From positions 76,999-140,998 of the forward strand of contig JBAZTR010000004.1 of NCBI GenBank assembly GCA_041661745.1: a stretch of 64,000 nt of DNA. Reading direction: 5' to 3'. A program made the position numbers and the translations under genes. Position 1 is the first letter of the stretch, and each line of letters starts with the position of its first letter. Below the pieces are notes generated by a model. It saw nothing but the letters and a program-made list of their open reading frames with translations, was not told the origin of the DNA and made no database searches. The stretch comes from Patescibacteria group bacterium. GTDB taxonomy: Bacteria; Patescibacteriota; Patescibacteriia; UBA9934; GWF2-40-263. Positions 35,442 through 46,396 of the stretch are shown here, piece after piece.

Positions 35442-37892
35442 TTACCTAATTGTACCAGAAAAGTCGTCCTTAATCACTGTGACTAACTTTTCCATGTCTT
35501 TTTCAACTTCATCGGAGGACAAAGTACGGTCGGCCGCCCGGAAGGTTAGGTGAACAGCCACTGATTTTTTGTCCGGATCAATCCCCTTCCCCTGATAAAC
35601 ATCAAACAACTCAACGGTGTGTAAAAGTTTTGAGGTTTTGATAAAAATCTTTTCCAAGGTTGAATAAGCGGTGGTCGTAGAAACAACAAAAGCTAAATCT
35701 CTTTTTACATCAGGAAATTCTGGAATCTTTTCGTACTTATTTTGTTTAGGCACCAAGGTGGATAAAAGCGAAAGATTAATCTCGGCCACAACCGCTCGCC
35801 AATCCAAACCAATAGCCCGACCAATCGCCGGTTCGGCTTCGGTCAAGCAGCCGATAAATTCGCCACGGGTGTAAAGCTCGGCACGACGCGACGGGTGTGT
35901 CCAAACCGGCCCCTTGGTCATAGGTCGCACCTCAACAGCAAAACCAAACTCTTCCAAAAGCCCGACAATCATACGCCGACCTTCGACAAAAGGTTTGCCG
36001 TCACCCTTCGAAGAAAAAGCCAAACCCAACCAATGATCTTGGCGCGGCAAGGCTTTACTGCTGCCATCATCCTCGCCAGGTAATTCGGCCACATAGTGAC
36101 GACCAATTTCGAACAAACAAACCGGATCAGTAAACTTTTGATTTGTTTTAATGTTTTCTAAAAGATTCGTGGCCAAAGTCCTGGCCAAATACGGTCGTTC
36201 TTTAGAAATAGGGTTGGCTAGCTCAAGATAATCAGATAATTTCTCGCCCATCTTTTCCAAAATCTGCGGGGCCACAAAGCTGTAGTTGTAAGTTTCCGTG
36301 GCCGCAAAACGATCGGCTAAAATATGACGGACTCTTCGTTCTAACTCACGCCCCGAGTCTTTGGTTGGCGGGGTGATTTCAACACACGGCAAAGTTAATG
36401 GGATTTTTTCATAACCATAAACCCGGGCGATTTCCTCTAACAGATCTTCGGCAATGGAAATATCTTTGGTGGCCCGCCAGGTTGGAATAGTTACATTCAA
36501 ATTTTCGCCCTTCTTCTTTACCTCAAAACCAAGCCGTTCAAGAATTCCAATCATCTCATCCGTGGGAATATTTAAACCAAGTTTAGCCGAAACCATGGCT
36601 AATGGCAGAACAATCGGCCCTTGATTCAAAGAAAAATTCTTAACGTCAACCACTTTGGAAACAACACGCGCCCCGGGAATTAATTCCAAAAGAAGTCCAA
36701 CAGTGCGACGAATGGCAATTTCTGACAAATTAGGATCCAAACTTTTTTCGTAACGCAACGAAGCTTCGGAACGCAAACCCAACCGCTGTGAAGTTTTGCG
36801 AATACCTGCGGAATTAAAATTGGCTGATTCAAGAAAAACTGTCGTGGTATTATCATCAATCTCGCTATTTTGCCCACCCATAATGCCGGCCAAAGTTACT
36901 GCTTTCCGACCATCACAAATTAAAAGATCCGAGGAAACCAATTTTCTTTTTTCATCATCTAGAGTTAAAAACTCCTCACCAGCTTCGGCCGTCTTAACAA
37001 CAATTTCAACCGTCTTTTCTTTACCTGAAGCATTTTCCAATTTGTTCGCGTCAAAAGCATGCAGCGATTGTCCGACTTCGAGCATGACATAGTTGGTAGC
37101 ATCAACAACATTGTTGATTGGCCGCATACCAACAGCCGAAAGCCGCTTTTGCAACCAATCGGGAGACGGGGCAATTTTTATTCCATCAATGACCACGCCA
37201 ATATAGCGAGAACACAACTCCGGCTCGGCCACCTTAATCGACAAATCAAAACCCTTCCCTTCTTTAATTGCCGGCGGATTAATTGGTTTAAATTTTGTAT
37301 TCAATAGCGCGGCGACCTCATGAGCAAAACCGTGATGACTAAACAAATCGGGTCGATTGGTTAACGACTTATTATCAACTTCAATAATTGCGTCATCAAG
37401 ACCAAGAGCTTCGGACAAAGCCGTGCCAGGTTCAACCTCAAGATAACTTAAATCAACAATTTCGCGCTCGCTTTCGCGGCCAGTAGCCAAACCGATTTCA
37501 TTGGCCGAACAAATCATACCAAAAGAATCAACCCCGCGCAGTTTGGTTGGTTGAATTTCCACTGGTTCACCTTCACCATGCCATTTAACTTTGGCTCCAA
37601 CCATTGCTACCGCAACTTTCTGGCCATCGGATAAATTGCTGCCGCCACAAACGATCTGTACGGGCACAAAATTTTGTGCCCCTACGTCAACCTCACACAC
37701 CCGCAATTTATCGGCGTTAGGATGAGGGTTAACACTCAAAATCTTTCCGACAACAATTCTTTCAAGCGGCCCGGCCTGCCCCTCAATTCCTTCGACTTCG
37801 ACCGTGCAATCACTAATACGCTCGGCTAAATCCTTGTCGTTGACATCGCCCAAATCAACAAAATCTTTTAACCATTTTTTTGACAATAACAT
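35442..37892 (-). CDS. pheT: phenylalanine--tRNA ligase beta subunit
   Basis: 816 aa with N-terminal tRNA-binding, B3/B4, B5 and anticodon-binding-like domains; immediately downstream of pheS. Confidence 0.9.
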   Translation of the reverse strand: MLLSKKWLKDFVDLGDVNDKDLAERISDCTVEVEGIEGQAGPLERIVVGKILSVNPHPNADKLRVCEVDVGAQNFVPVQIVCGGSNLSDGQKVAVAMVGAKVKWHGEGEPVEIQPTKLRGVDSFGMICSANEIGLATGRESEREIVDLSYLEVEPGTALSEALGLDDAIIEVDNKSLTNRPDLFSHHGFAHEVAALLNTKFKPINPPAIKEGKGFDLSIKVAEPELCSRYIGVVIDGIKIAPSPDWLQKRLSAVGMRPINNVVDATNYVMLEVGQSLHAFDANKLENASGKEKTVEIVVKTAEAGEEFLTLDDEKRKLVSSDLLICDGRKAVTLAGIMGGQNSEIDDNTTTVFLESANFNSAGIRKTSQRLGLRSEASLRYEKSLDPNLSEIAIRRTVGLLLELIPGARVVSKVVDVKNFSLNQGPIVLPLAMVSAKLGLNIPTDEMIGILERLGFEVKKKGENLNVTIPTWRATKDISIAEDLLEEIARVYGYEKIPLTLPCVEITPPTKDSGRELERRVRHILADRFAATETYNYSFVAPQILEKMGEKLSDYLELANPISKERPYLARTLATNLLENIKTNQKFTDPVCLFEIGRHYVAELPGEDDGSSKALPRQDHWLGLAFSSKGDGKPFVEGRRMIVGLLEEFGFAVEVRPMTKGPVWTHPSRRAELYTRGEFIGCLTEAEPAIGRAIGLDWRAVVAEINLSLLSTLVPKQNKYEKIPEFPDVKRDLAFVVSTTTAYSTLEKIFIKTSKLLHTVELFDVYQGKGIDPDKKSVAVHLTFRAADRTLSSDEVEKDMEKLVTVIKDDFSGTIR

Positions 37893-37893
37893 A

Positions 37894-38913
37894 TTAGAAT
37901 TGTTTTAAAAATCTAACATCGCCGCTCTGCATAAGTCGAGAATCATCGATGTTGTATTTCAACATTGCTAAACGCGACAAACCGAAACCAAAGGCAAAAC
38001 CCTGAAACTTATTTGGATCAACTCCACCTTCATGCAAAACATTAGGGTGAACCAAACCGGCTCCAAGTACCTCAAGCCAACCAGATTTTTTACAAACTTT
38101 GCAACCTTGGCCGTGACAGAGAAAACACGTGACTTCACCACGCACCCCCGGTTCGACAAAGGGATAAAACTTAGGCCGCAAACGCATTTTAACTTCATCG
38201 CCAAATAAATGCTTGGCGACTTTTTCCAACACCGCTTTCATGTGACTAAAATTTATATCCTTATCAACCATTAAACCTTCCAACTGATAAAAAGTGTGTT
38301 CATGTCGAGCGTCGGTAGCTTCGTTTCTAAAACATCGGCCGGGTACAACCACCCGGAGCGGCGCACCGTATTTGCGCATGGCTCGAACTTGCACTGGCGA
38401 AGTTTGCGTGCGCATAACCTGATCGTCGTGACCTTTGATATACAAACTATCCTGCATGTCACGAGCCGGATGTGTGGATGGGACATTGAGGGCAGTAAAA
38501 TTAAAATAATCGCTCTCAAGCTCTGGACCATCAAGTACCATGAAACCCATGGAATAAAACAGATCTTCAAGCTCTTCCTGAATTTGCGTCACAGGATGAA
38601 GATGACCTTGTTCCTTAACAGGAAAGGCCGGCTCAGTTACATCAATTTGTTCACCCTCCACAACGCTAGAAACCTGGCGAGCTTGTTCGGCCGCGGCCAA
38701 ACCCGCCTCAATCGCTTTTTTTGTTTCATTGGCGATTTGACCAATTTCTTTTCGCTCTTCACCGGCCAGCTCGGCCAACTCTTTCATCAAAAGCGCCAAG
38801 TGACCTTTGCGACCAAGAAATTTGGTTTTAACTTCCTCCAAATCCACACCGTCCTTAACATCACCAAGTGCGGCGTTGAAAGTTTTTTTAAGTTGTTCAA
38901 ACTTATCTTTCAT
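37894..38913 (-). CDS. pheS: phenylalanine--tRNA ligase alpha subunit
   Basis: FNFTALNVPSTHPARDMQDSLYI and class II motifs 2 and 3 (GFAFGFGLSRLAML). Confidence 0.9.
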   Translation of the reverse strand: MKDKFEQLKKTFNAALGDVKDGVDLEEVKTKFLGRKGHLALLMKELAELAGEERKEIGQIANETKKAIEAGLAAAEQARQVSSVVEGEQIDVTEPAFPVKEQGHLHPVTQIQEELEDLFYSMGFMVLDGPELESDYFNFTALNVPSTHPARDMQDSLYIKGHDDQVMRTQTSPVQVRAMRKYGAPLRVVVPGRCFRNEATDARHEHTFYQLEGLMVDKDINFSHMKAVLEKVAKHLFGDEVKMRLRPKFYPFVEPGVRGEVTCFLCHGQGCKVCKKSGWLEVLGAGLVHPNVLHEGGVDPNKFQGFAFGFGLSRLAMLKYNIDDSRLMQSGDVRFLKQF

Positions 38914-38921
38914 ATTTTTAT

Positions 38922-40187
38922 TTAACCAACAAATTTAAAGATATCACGGAAGGTGACTACGGCCACCAGAAGCAATAACAAGGCAAAACCAAGATTGTGA
39001 GCTAAAGCTTCAAACCTTTCATCAAGCGCTCGCCCGCGAATTTTTTCAATAATCAAGAAGAATATTCGCCCGCCATCAAGAGCCGGAAAAGGCAAAATGT
39101 TTACCACAGCCAAGTTAATGGAAAGAATAGCCGCGAATTGCAACAAATAAAGAATGCCCATGGCTGCGGCTTGGCCGGTCATAACAGCAATACCGACTGG
39201 TCCAGCCAAATCAACAGCCACGCTTTGATGAACAACTAAATTCCAAAGCAAATTTCCAAAAGCTTTCAAAACTTCCCAGGTGAAAACAAAAGTTGCTTCA
39301 ACCCCCTTAATGGCGGCTAAATACCAGGGATACGACACTAGCGCTGTCTTGACTAAACCAACTCCCACACCTTTTTCCCCATAAGTCGGTAAATCTTCGG
39401 CCGTAACGGAAAAAGTTAACGCCTCATCACCACGCTTTAATAAAAATTTTACTTCTTCGCCCTCGCGAGTTTTAATATAAGTCCGGGCGGCTTCGGATGA
39501 AGTAAAAATTTGATCATCAATGGAAAGAATTTCGTCGCTAGTTTCCATACCAGCTCGTTCAGCCGGACTCCCCGCAATAACACTCATTATTTGAATTTTT
39601 TCATTAGCTAATTTAACCGAGGTCGGCACTGATTCGTCGACAATGCTCGGCAAACCAACAGCAAAACCGATTGAAAGAAGAACCGCGGCAAACGCGAAGT
39701 TCATGGCCACGCCGGCTATTAAAACAATAAAGCGTTGCCAAATCGGCCGGCTGGAAAAACTACGCGGATCGTTCTTAAGTTCACCGGATTCGCCGTGGAT
39801 TTTTACGAAACCGCCTAAAGGAATCCAATTGATAGAATAAATTGTTTGATCTTCGTGTTGATCAGAACCACCCCAAATAAATTTCCAACGATTGATCGGA
39901 CGAACTTCAACTGTATCGCGGATAACATCGGTAACTTTCGTTTGAACCAACTCAATCCCTCCAGTCCCCACAGTCTCTTCAGTCCCCACAACAACCTCCT
40001 CAGTTTCTTCAACCAAACGACGCTCTTCCCCGCGAACTCGCATAATTCCAAAAGCCCGCGGCGGAAAACCAAAACCAAATTCATCAATTTTCATGCCGAT
40101 TTTTTTGGCCGTAACAAAATGGCCCAATTCATGAAAAAAGACCAAAAGCGATAGAACGGCTAAAAACAAAATTACAGTTAGTAACAT
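38922..40187 (-). CDS. rseP: RIP metalloprotease RseP (site-2 protease)
   Basis: HELGHF (HExxH) in the first TM; PDZ domain; LDGG motif (ALDGGRIFF) near the C-terminus. Confidence 0.85.
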   Translation of the reverse strand: MLLTVILFLAVLSLLVFFHELGHFVTAKKIGMKIDEFGFGFPPRAFGIMRVRGEERRLVEETEEVVVGTEETVGTGGIELVQTKVTDVIRDTVEVRPINRWKFIWGGSDQHEDQTIYSINWIPLGGFVKIHGESGELKNDPRSFSSRPIWQRFIVLIAGVAMNFAFAAVLLSIGFAVGLPSIVDESVPTSVKLANEKIQIMSVIAGSPAERAGMETSDEILSIDDQIFTSSEAARTYIKTREGEEVKFLLKRGDEALTFSVTAEDLPTYGEKGVGVGLVKTALVSYPWYLAAIKGVEATFVFTWEVLKAFGNLLWNLVVHQSVAVDLAGPVGIAVMTGQAAAMGILYLLQFAAILSINLAVVNILPFPALDGGRIFFLIIEKIRGRALDERFEALAHNLGFALLLLLVAVVTFRDIFKFVG

Positions 40188-40219
40188 AAGCCCAATTATT
40201 GTACGATAAATAAAGATTT

Positions 40220-40708
40220 ATGAAAAGTCGGACAAAAAGTCAAAAAATTGGCCTAATCGTCGGAAAATTCGCGCCACTGCATAAAGGCCACCAGTTTTTG
40301 ATTGAAAAAGCTCTAGAAAAGGTTGATCGGCTTATAATTATTGTCTATCGTTGCCCGGAAACAAAGATTCCCCTAAAAATTCGCGTCGGCTGGCTTAAAC
40401 GATTGTATCCGAAGGTTACCGTCATTTCAGGAAGCAAAGCCCCCTTGGAACACGGTAATGATCCGAAAATCACTCAACAAAACATTGAATACGTTAAAAG
40501 TCTTCTTTCTGAGAAAATAACCCATGTTTTTTCCAGCGAATGGTACGGCCAGAGGCTAAGCGAGGCGCTGGGCGCGAAAAATGTCGTGGTTGATAAAAAA
40601 CGCATGCACTTCCCTGTCTCCGGAACAATGATCAGGAATGACTTGGAAAAATACAAAAAATTTCTGTCACCGCTAGTTTATAAGGAATTAAAAAAACCGC
40701 CGAAATGA
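40220..40708 (+). CDS. HxGH-motif nucleotidyltransferase (NMN/NaMN adenylyltransferase-like)
   Basis: GLIVGKFAPLHKGH matches the cytidylyltransferase-superfamily H/TxGH signature; SGTMIR resembles the ISSTxxR motif. Confidence 0.55.
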   Translation: MKSRTKSQKIGLIVGKFAPLHKGHQFLIEKALEKVDRLIIIVYRCPETKIPLKIRVGWLKRLYPKVTVISGSKAPLEHGNDPKITQQNIEYVKSLLSEKITHVFSSEWYGQRLSEALGAKNVVVDKKRMHFPVSGTMIRNDLEKYKKFLSPLVYKELKKPPK

Positions 40709-40730
40709 TCGGCGGCTTTTTTTTATTCGT
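40693..40730. terminator. bidirectional terminator
   Basis: aaaccgccgaaatgatcggcggctttttttta. Confidence 0.65.
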
Positions 40731-42057
40731 TAATTACTTTTTTTAATTCCTCAACTTTTTCTTGCATCAATTCTTCGCTCTTGGCCTCCACGGTCAGTCG
40801 CAAAATCGGTTCAGTATTGGAAAGCCGGGCAATAAACCACCAGTCGCGATTAAACTCACAACGAATACCGTCCATTCGTTCAACAGTGGTGGCTTGGGAC
40901 ACATACTTGTCTTCCAGTTTCTTAATGACAATATCGCGATCTTCAATTTCCAAATTCACTTCCCCACTGTTGTGATAGCGGCGCAGTGGACGAACCAGGT
41001 CAGCAAAAGTCTGCCCGGATTTTTTCCAAACATCTAAAACCTTAATAATGGTGTAATCAACCGATTCCAAATCGGAAAATTCTTTCCAGAAAAAATGTCC
41101 AGACACCTCACCGCCCAAATCGGCGGCCTCTTTTTTCATAGTCGCCAAAATGTTGGTGCGACCAATCGGACAAGAAATAATTTGTCCGCCGTTTTCGGCA
41201 ACCGAGTCAAAAGTAGCCCAGCTCTGGTTGGGCGAAACAACAATCTTAGCGCCCGCACGGTGCCCCAAAAGTTCTCTAGAAAGTAAGGCTAAAAGTAAAT
41301 CACCACCTAAGCTTTTTCCCTCGTTATCGACAAAGGCCGTGCGATCAACATCGCCATCAAGAGCAATACCCAGAACAGCGTTTTCTTTGACAACCGCGGC
41401 TTTTAGATCGTTCATGGTTTCTTCCTTGGCCGGATTGGCTTCGTGGTTTGGAAAATTAGCATCTGGTTCCGGGTACAACTCCAAGGTTGTCACACCAAGT
41501 TTTTCAAGAAGCGCCCGCACGGTTATAACCCCAACACCGTTGCCGTAATCGACCACGACTTTCACCCCCGAAAAATTTGGTTGACCTGATAGAGAAAGAC
41601 ACTGTGTTAAATAATCGTTTAATAAATCTTTTTTAGTAACTGTACCCGAAGTTGTGGCCAGAATAATTTCTTCTTCCACCCAATCCTTCATGATTTTTCC
41701 AGAGACCGGCAAATTACCACAGTCGTAAAACTTTAAGCCGTTGTACTTAGCCGGATTGTGCGAAGCAGTTATCATCATGCCGGCGGTCTCTTCACCAAAG
41801 GAAGAAAAACAATAATTAAACAAGCTGGTGGTGGTCATACCAATGTCGATGGCTTCGACCCCAACCGAGGTAACTCCACGTATGGCTGCGGTCATTAACT
41901 CCGGGCTGGTGGCACGCATGTCGCGGCCAACAACAACTTTTTTGGCTCCGGTTTTTTTGGCAAAAATTGCCCCGGCCTTTTCGGCTAATTCTGGGGTAAC
42001 TTCATCTAAAAGTCCGCGAATGTCGTAGGAACGGAAGATGTGGGAAGGAAATGACAT
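40723..42057 (-). CDS. phosphoglucomutase/phosphomannomutase family protein
   Basis: Phosphoserine loop ITASHNPAKYNGLKF, a sugar-binding loop and four-domain layout; 444 aa. Confidence 0.85.
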   Translation of the reverse strand: MSFPSHIFRSYDIRGLLDEVTPELAEKAGAIFAKKTGAKKVVVGRDMRATSPELMTAAIRGVTSVGVEAIDIGMTTTSLFNYCFSSFGEETAGMMITASHNPAKYNGLKFYDCGNLPVSGKIMKDWVEEEIILATTSGTVTKKDLLNDYLTQCLSLSGQPNFSGVKVVVDYGNGVGVITVRALLEKLGVTTLELYPEPDANFPNHEANPAKEETMNDLKAAVVKENAVLGIALDGDVDRTAFVDNEGKSLGGDLLLALLSRELLGHRAGAKIVVSPNQSWATFDSVAENGGQIISCPIGRTNILATMKKEAADLGGEVSGHFFWKEFSDLESVDYTIIKVLDVWKKSGQTFADLVRPLRRYHNSGEVNLEIEDRDIVIKKLEDKYVSQATTVERMDGIRCEFNRDWWFIARLSNTEPILRLTVEAKSEELMQEKVEELKKVINE

Positions 42058-42138
42058 AAAATATTGTGTTTTGGGCTAAAAAAATGTAAAATAATGTAAA
42101 GATATCTTACTAAAAATTAAACTAACTGTCACTTTTAT

Positions 42139-42690
42139 ATGGAGCTTTTCTTTATTATACCAGCCGGCCTGGTTTTAGTGGTCGTTTGGTTCATCTTTGT
42201 TTACAACAGCTTAATTACCTCGCGAAATCGCGTGGAGGAGGCTTGGTCGGACATCGAGGTACAAATGAAACGTCGCTATGACCTTATCCCAAATTTAGTG
42301 GAAACCGTCAAAGCTTACGCTCGACATGAAGACAGTGTTTTTACCAAAGTCACCGAAGCCCGCGCCGCAGCCATGGGCGCTACAACCATGCAAGAACACG
42401 CTCAAGCGGAAAATGCCCTGTCACAAACTCTTAAATCTCTCTTCGCGGTTTCCGAAAACTATCCACAATTGCGCGCTTCGGACAACTTTCTTGATTTGCA
42501 ACGCAACCTAACCGACGCTGAAGATAAAATTCAAGCCTCGCGTCGTTTTTACAACGGCCAGGTTCGCGACTTCAATACCAAGCTTCAAGTCTTCCCCACC
42601 AACATGATTGCCGGAATGTTTGGTTTTACCAAACGCGATTTCTACGACGCCCCAGAAGTGGTAAATGAACCACCTAAAGTAAGTTTCTAA
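42139..42690 (+). CDS. lemA: LemA family protein
   Basis: N-terminal TM plus NSLITSRNRVEEAWSDIEVQMKRRYDLIPNLVETVK is the typical LemA sequence; paired with htpX as is commonly seen. Confidence 0.8.
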   Translation: MELFFIIPAGLVLVVVWFIFVYNSLITSRNRVEEAWSDIEVQMKRRYDLIPNLVETVKAYARHEDSVFTKVTEARAAAMGATTMQEHAQAENALSQTLKSLFAVSENYPQLRASDNFLDLQRNLTDAEDKIQASRRFYNGQVRDFNTKLQVFPTNMIAGMFGFTKRDFYDAPEVVNEPPKVSF

Positions 42691-42691
42691 C

Positions 42692-43576
42692 ATGTACTCG
42701 GAAATTGATTCCAATAAAAGAAAGACGGTTGTCTTAATTTTGTTGTTCACGATAATTATCGTGGCTATTGGTTGGACGATTGGTGAAATGTACGGCGCCC
42801 CAGACGCGGGAATTATTTTGGCTGTCCTTGTCGCTGTGGTTATGAACTTGTTTGGTTATTTTCAAGGCGACGCTGTGGCTTTGGCCTCTTCCGGTGCCAA
42901 GCCAATTGAGAAAGCACAAAATCCCGAGCTTTATAATCTGATTGAAAACCTGTCGATTACCGCTGGTCTGCCAACGCCAAAAATTTACATTATCGAAGAT
43001 CCTTCACCTAATGCTTTCGCCTGCGGCCGTGATCCCAACCATTCTTCCATAGCGGTCACGACTGGTTTATTGAAAATGTTAAATCGTCCGGAACTTGAAG
43101 GTGTCTTAGCCCACGAAATGTCACACATTGGAAATTACGACATCCGAATTATGACGCTTGTTGTAATTTTAGTTGGGACAATCATGTTGTTATCCGACAT
43201 TATGTTGCGTTCCATGAGGTTTAAAGGAAATCGTGACAGTCAGCAGATTCAACTGATTTTGGTTTTACTTGGTTTGCTCTTGGCAATTCTCTCCCCGCTC
43301 CTCGCCCAACTCATTAAACTGGCCGTTAGCCGCAGTCGCGAATATTTAGCCGACGCTTCCGGTGCGCTTCTTACCCGTTACCCTGAAGGTTTGGCCAGTG
43401 CTTTGGAAAAAATTGCCGCCTACGATCGACCAATGGCCAAAGCTAATCATGCCACAGCCCATTTATTTTTAGCCAACCCTTTTGACCCTAAGATTGAAAG
43501 AAAATTCGAACTTTGGTTCAGCTCACATCCACCGATTGAGGAAAGAATAAAAAAACTCCGAAACATGATACAATAA
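42692..43576 (+). CDS. htpX: M48 family zinc metalloprotease HtpX-like
   Basis: HEMSHIGNYD (HExxH) plus a downstream EYLAD Glu and TM helices. Confidence 0.85.
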   Translation: MYSEIDSNKRKTVVLILLFTIIIVAIGWTIGEMYGAPDAGIILAVLVAVVMNLFGYFQGDAVALASSGAKPIEKAQNPELYNLIENLSITAGLPTPKIYIIEDPSPNAFACGRDPNHSSIAVTTGLLKMLNRPELEGVLAHEMSHIGNYDIRIMTLVVILVGTIMLLSDIMLRSMRFKGNRDSQQIQLILVLLGLLLAILSPLLAQLIKLAVSRSREYLADASGALLTRYPEGLASALEKIAAYDRPMAKANHATAHLFLANPFDPKIERKFELWFSSHPPIEERIKKLRNMIQ

Positions 43577-43589
43577 TATCTAGCTTGAT

Positions 43590-44492
43590 ATGCCCGACGG
43601 AGGATTAGCCGTGGAAAATGAAAGAAAAAGCCGACTGGCCAAAAGCACAACGCAAGCCAGGCGGCAATCTTCAAATACAAGTGATCAATTTAAAAAGATC
43701 GAGAGTCAGGATCCTGAGGTAAAATACCAAACCTCACAATTAAGAAATCAGGAACTTAATGACAAGCTCGCGGCAAACAGAAGGTTGTTAGCTGAAAATC
43801 GAGCAAGGTTCGGTGGTCCTTCGTCTCCACCGGCTTTTAGTCGCGATCCGTCGGCATTTGCCCGACTTGCGGCCACGGCTGGAAAAGAAGGACAACCGAG
43901 TGGCGAACAAACAATCCCTCCCGAACAGCAACCGGCCGCGGCCCAACAGTTACAACAAAATCAACAACAAGGTCGGATAGCACAAATGAAACAAGAGATG
44001 CTCAAAGAAGGCGGTGAAATGGGCGACGCAAAAAAGAAAGCTCAGAAAGAAATTCGCAAACAAATGAACGTCGCCGTTCGCCGCGGAATCGAAGAAGCGG
44101 CACAAGGCATTGGCAATGCTTGCGATTTAGGCTCGGTCGGGACTTCCACAATTATCACAATCTTTGTCTATGCTTTCACTCTGGTCGATCTAAACTTACA
44201 GATGGCAAGTTATTATATAAAAAACGAAACTTTCGATTTTTTCTTTCCATCGTTGACATGGTCACCGATTCCCATGCCGGCAATAGTTTCCGTTAAGTTT
44301 TTACACATCGGCTTAGGGGTTCTGGATCTTCTGATTTTTTTCCTTCTCATTATCGGTCTTATGATGATCATCATCGTCGTCATGCTGCCCTATATGATAT
44401 CTATTGGCTTGGCGGCCACTGTCTGGGCGGCCGTTTCTGATCAAGCTCTACGTTCACAAATTTATATCTTTTTCACAAGTTTATTCAAATAG
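43590..44492 (+). CDS. hypothetical membrane protein (Gln-rich N-terminus, C-terminal TM helices)
   Basis: 300-aa ORF with a QQLQQNQQQ low-complexity region and a hydrophobic C-terminal third. Confidence 0.4.
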   Translation: MPDGGLAVENERKSRLAKSTTQARRQSSNTSDQFKKIESQDPEVKYQTSQLRNQELNDKLAANRRLLAENRARFGGPSSPPAFSRDPSAFARLAATAGKEGQPSGEQTIPPEQQPAAAQQLQQNQQQGRIAQMKQEMLKEGGEMGDAKKKAQKEIRKQMNVAVRRGIEEAAQGIGNACDLGSVGTSTIITIFVYAFTLVDLNLQMASYYIKNETFDFFFPSLTWSPIPMPAIVSVKFLHIGLGVLDLLIFFLLIIGLMMIIIVVMLPYMISIGLAATVWAAVSDQALRSQIYIFFTSLFK

Positions 44493-44498
44493 AAATTT

Positions 44499-45722
44499 AT
44501 GCTTTCTGAACGAACTAAAAAAATATTAATCGTCGCGGGATTTGTTGCCTCGGTTATCGGCATTGGCACAGCGCTGTACTTTATGTTCTTGGCGCCAAGT
44601 ACCACAACAACTCCGACAACCGAGACAAACGAAACTCCGAGCAACATTGGTGGTCTGCCAACAACTGGTTTAGGACAACCAACCGTTGGAACGACTGAAG
44701 GTGAAACGATTTTACCGGAAGCCAGTGAAGTAGCCCACGGTGGTTTAACCGAAACCACCATGTTAACAGCGGCCGCCGTGACTGATGTTGCCTTATCCAG
44801 TGATGGGAAAAGCATGAATTATTACGACCAAAGTGACAATCGTTTTTACACCATTGCCAGCAACGGCACGGTTACCAAGTTATCCAACAAACAATTTCCT
44901 GATGTTGAGGATACGGCATGGAACAACGATGGCTCCAAGGCGGTAATTGAATTCCCCGATGGCTCTAATATTGTTTACAATTTCACCGACGAAACACAAG
45001 TTACTTTACCACAACACTGGGAAGACTTTGAATTCTCCCCTAACCAAGACCAAATCATCGCTAAAAGTATAACAGTTGATTCAGACAGCAGTATGCTGGT
45101 TGTATCTAACGAAGACGGCTCACAAACTCAAGCAGTCCAGGCTCTTGGCAATAACGCCGATAAAGTTCAAATCAATCCTTCACCAACCGATCAGATTATC
45201 GCTTTTTCCGACACGGCCGGCGATCAGGGCGGTTTTGGTCAAAAAATGATTTATCCAATCGGAAAAAATCAGGAAAATTTTAAAGGCCTAACTGTTGAAG
45301 GTTTGGGATTTGAATCGCTTTGGAGTCCGCGCGGCGACATTCTTTTATATTCAACTTACAGCTCATACAGCGATTACAAACCTTTGCTTTGGGTGGTTGA
45401 CGGATCAGTAAATTCCATAGGCGACAATCGTCGCTCGGCCGGCCTAAACACCTGGGTAGATAAATGTGTCTTTGCTGGAAACGATGTAATTTATTGCGGC
45501 ATCCCTCAGTCGTTGGAAACCAACGCCGGCATGCAACGAACGCTTTACAAAAAAAATCCCGACGACCTCTACAAAATTGACTTGTCTACCGGACGATCCT
45601 CGCTTATTGCTCGACCGGCCGAAGATGCGGCTATGGAAAATCTACAAGTAACCGACGATGGTTCCCTTCTCTACTTCACCAATGCTATCGACGGACGCTT
45701 AGGATATATCAAACTAAAATAA
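44499..45722 (+). CDS. membrane-anchored beta-propeller protein (TolB/PD40-like)
   Basis: N-terminal TM, Thr/Pro linker, then repeated D-G-S / S-P-x-Q-D motifs (SSDGKSMNYY, NNDGSKAV, SPNQDQII, SNEDGSQTQ, SPRGDILLYS). Confidence 0.4.
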   Translation: MLSERTKKILIVAGFVASVIGIGTALYFMFLAPSTTTTPTTETNETPSNIGGLPTTGLGQPTVGTTEGETILPEASEVAHGGLTETTMLTAAAVTDVALSSDGKSMNYYDQSDNRFYTIASNGTVTKLSNKQFPDVEDTAWNNDGSKAVIEFPDGSNIVYNFTDETQVTLPQHWEDFEFSPNQDQIIAKSITVDSDSSMLVVSNEDGSQTQAVQALGNNADKVQINPSPTDQIIAFSDTAGDQGGFGQKMIYPIGKNQENFKGLTVEGLGFESLWSPRGDILLYSTYSSYSDYKPLLWVVDGSVNSIGDNRRSAGLNTWVDKCVFAGNDVIYCGIPQSLETNAGMQRTLYKKNPDDLYKIDLSTGRSSLIARPAEDAAMENLQVTDDGSLLYFTNAIDGRLGYIKLK

Positions 45723-45732
45723 ATCACGACTT

Positions 45733-46395
45733 ATGAACCATCGCTGGCTTACCATTATTGTCACCACTTTTCTTGCGGTAATTGTCTTTTTATTTTTTTG
45801 GATGCGCCTGCAGCCGGTCTGGGAGCCAGAAAGCGATAGCGAAGAAACTACCGCTTTAAATCAACAAACGACAGCTACGCCGACGGTTACTTTTGTTAAT
45901 CCCAAAAAAGGGGCGGCTGAACCCAAAGTGACAGTCGTCCTTTTTAGCGATTTCCAATGTCAGCCTTGCAAAGACATGGCTGATAATCTTGATGTTTTAT
46001 TACGCACTGTACCGGAAGTTCAAGTGGTTTGGAAGGATATGCCAAACGAATCGGCTCATGAATTATCCGTTCCCGCCGCCATAGCCGCTCGGTGTGCTGA
46101 TGACCAAGGAAAATTTTGGGAATATCATGACATGCTTTTTGATCGACAGGTTCTTTTAGACGAATCTATGCTGGTAACCATAGCTTCGGAAGTCGGTTTA
46201 GACACAACAAAATTCCAGACGTGTCTTGATAATCAAGACCCCCTACCGTTAGTCCGAAAGGATTACGAAGAAGCCGTGGCTTTAGCCGTAACAGCCACGC
46301 CAACTATTTTTATTGGTAAAGATCGCACCACCGGCCTTTTATCGGCCGACGAAATCATTGCCGCAGTTAATAAACAACTTTCGACTGAGGAATAA
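45733..46395 (+). CDS. DsbA-like thiol-disulfide oxidoreductase
   Basis: N-terminal TM, then a thioredoxin fold with CxxC (VVLFSDFQCQPCKDMADNL). Confidence 0.7.
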   Translation: MNHRWLTIIVTTFLAVIVFLFFWMRLQPVWEPESDSEETTALNQQTTATPTVTFVNPKKGAAEPKVTVVLFSDFQCQPCKDMADNLDVLLRTVPEVQVVWKDMPNESAHELSVPAAIAARCADDQGKFWEYHDMLFDRQVLLDESMLVTIASEVGLDTTKFQTCLDNQDPLPLVRKDYEEAVALAVTATPTIFIGKDRTTGLLSADEIIAAVNKQLSTEE

Positions 46396-46396
46396 T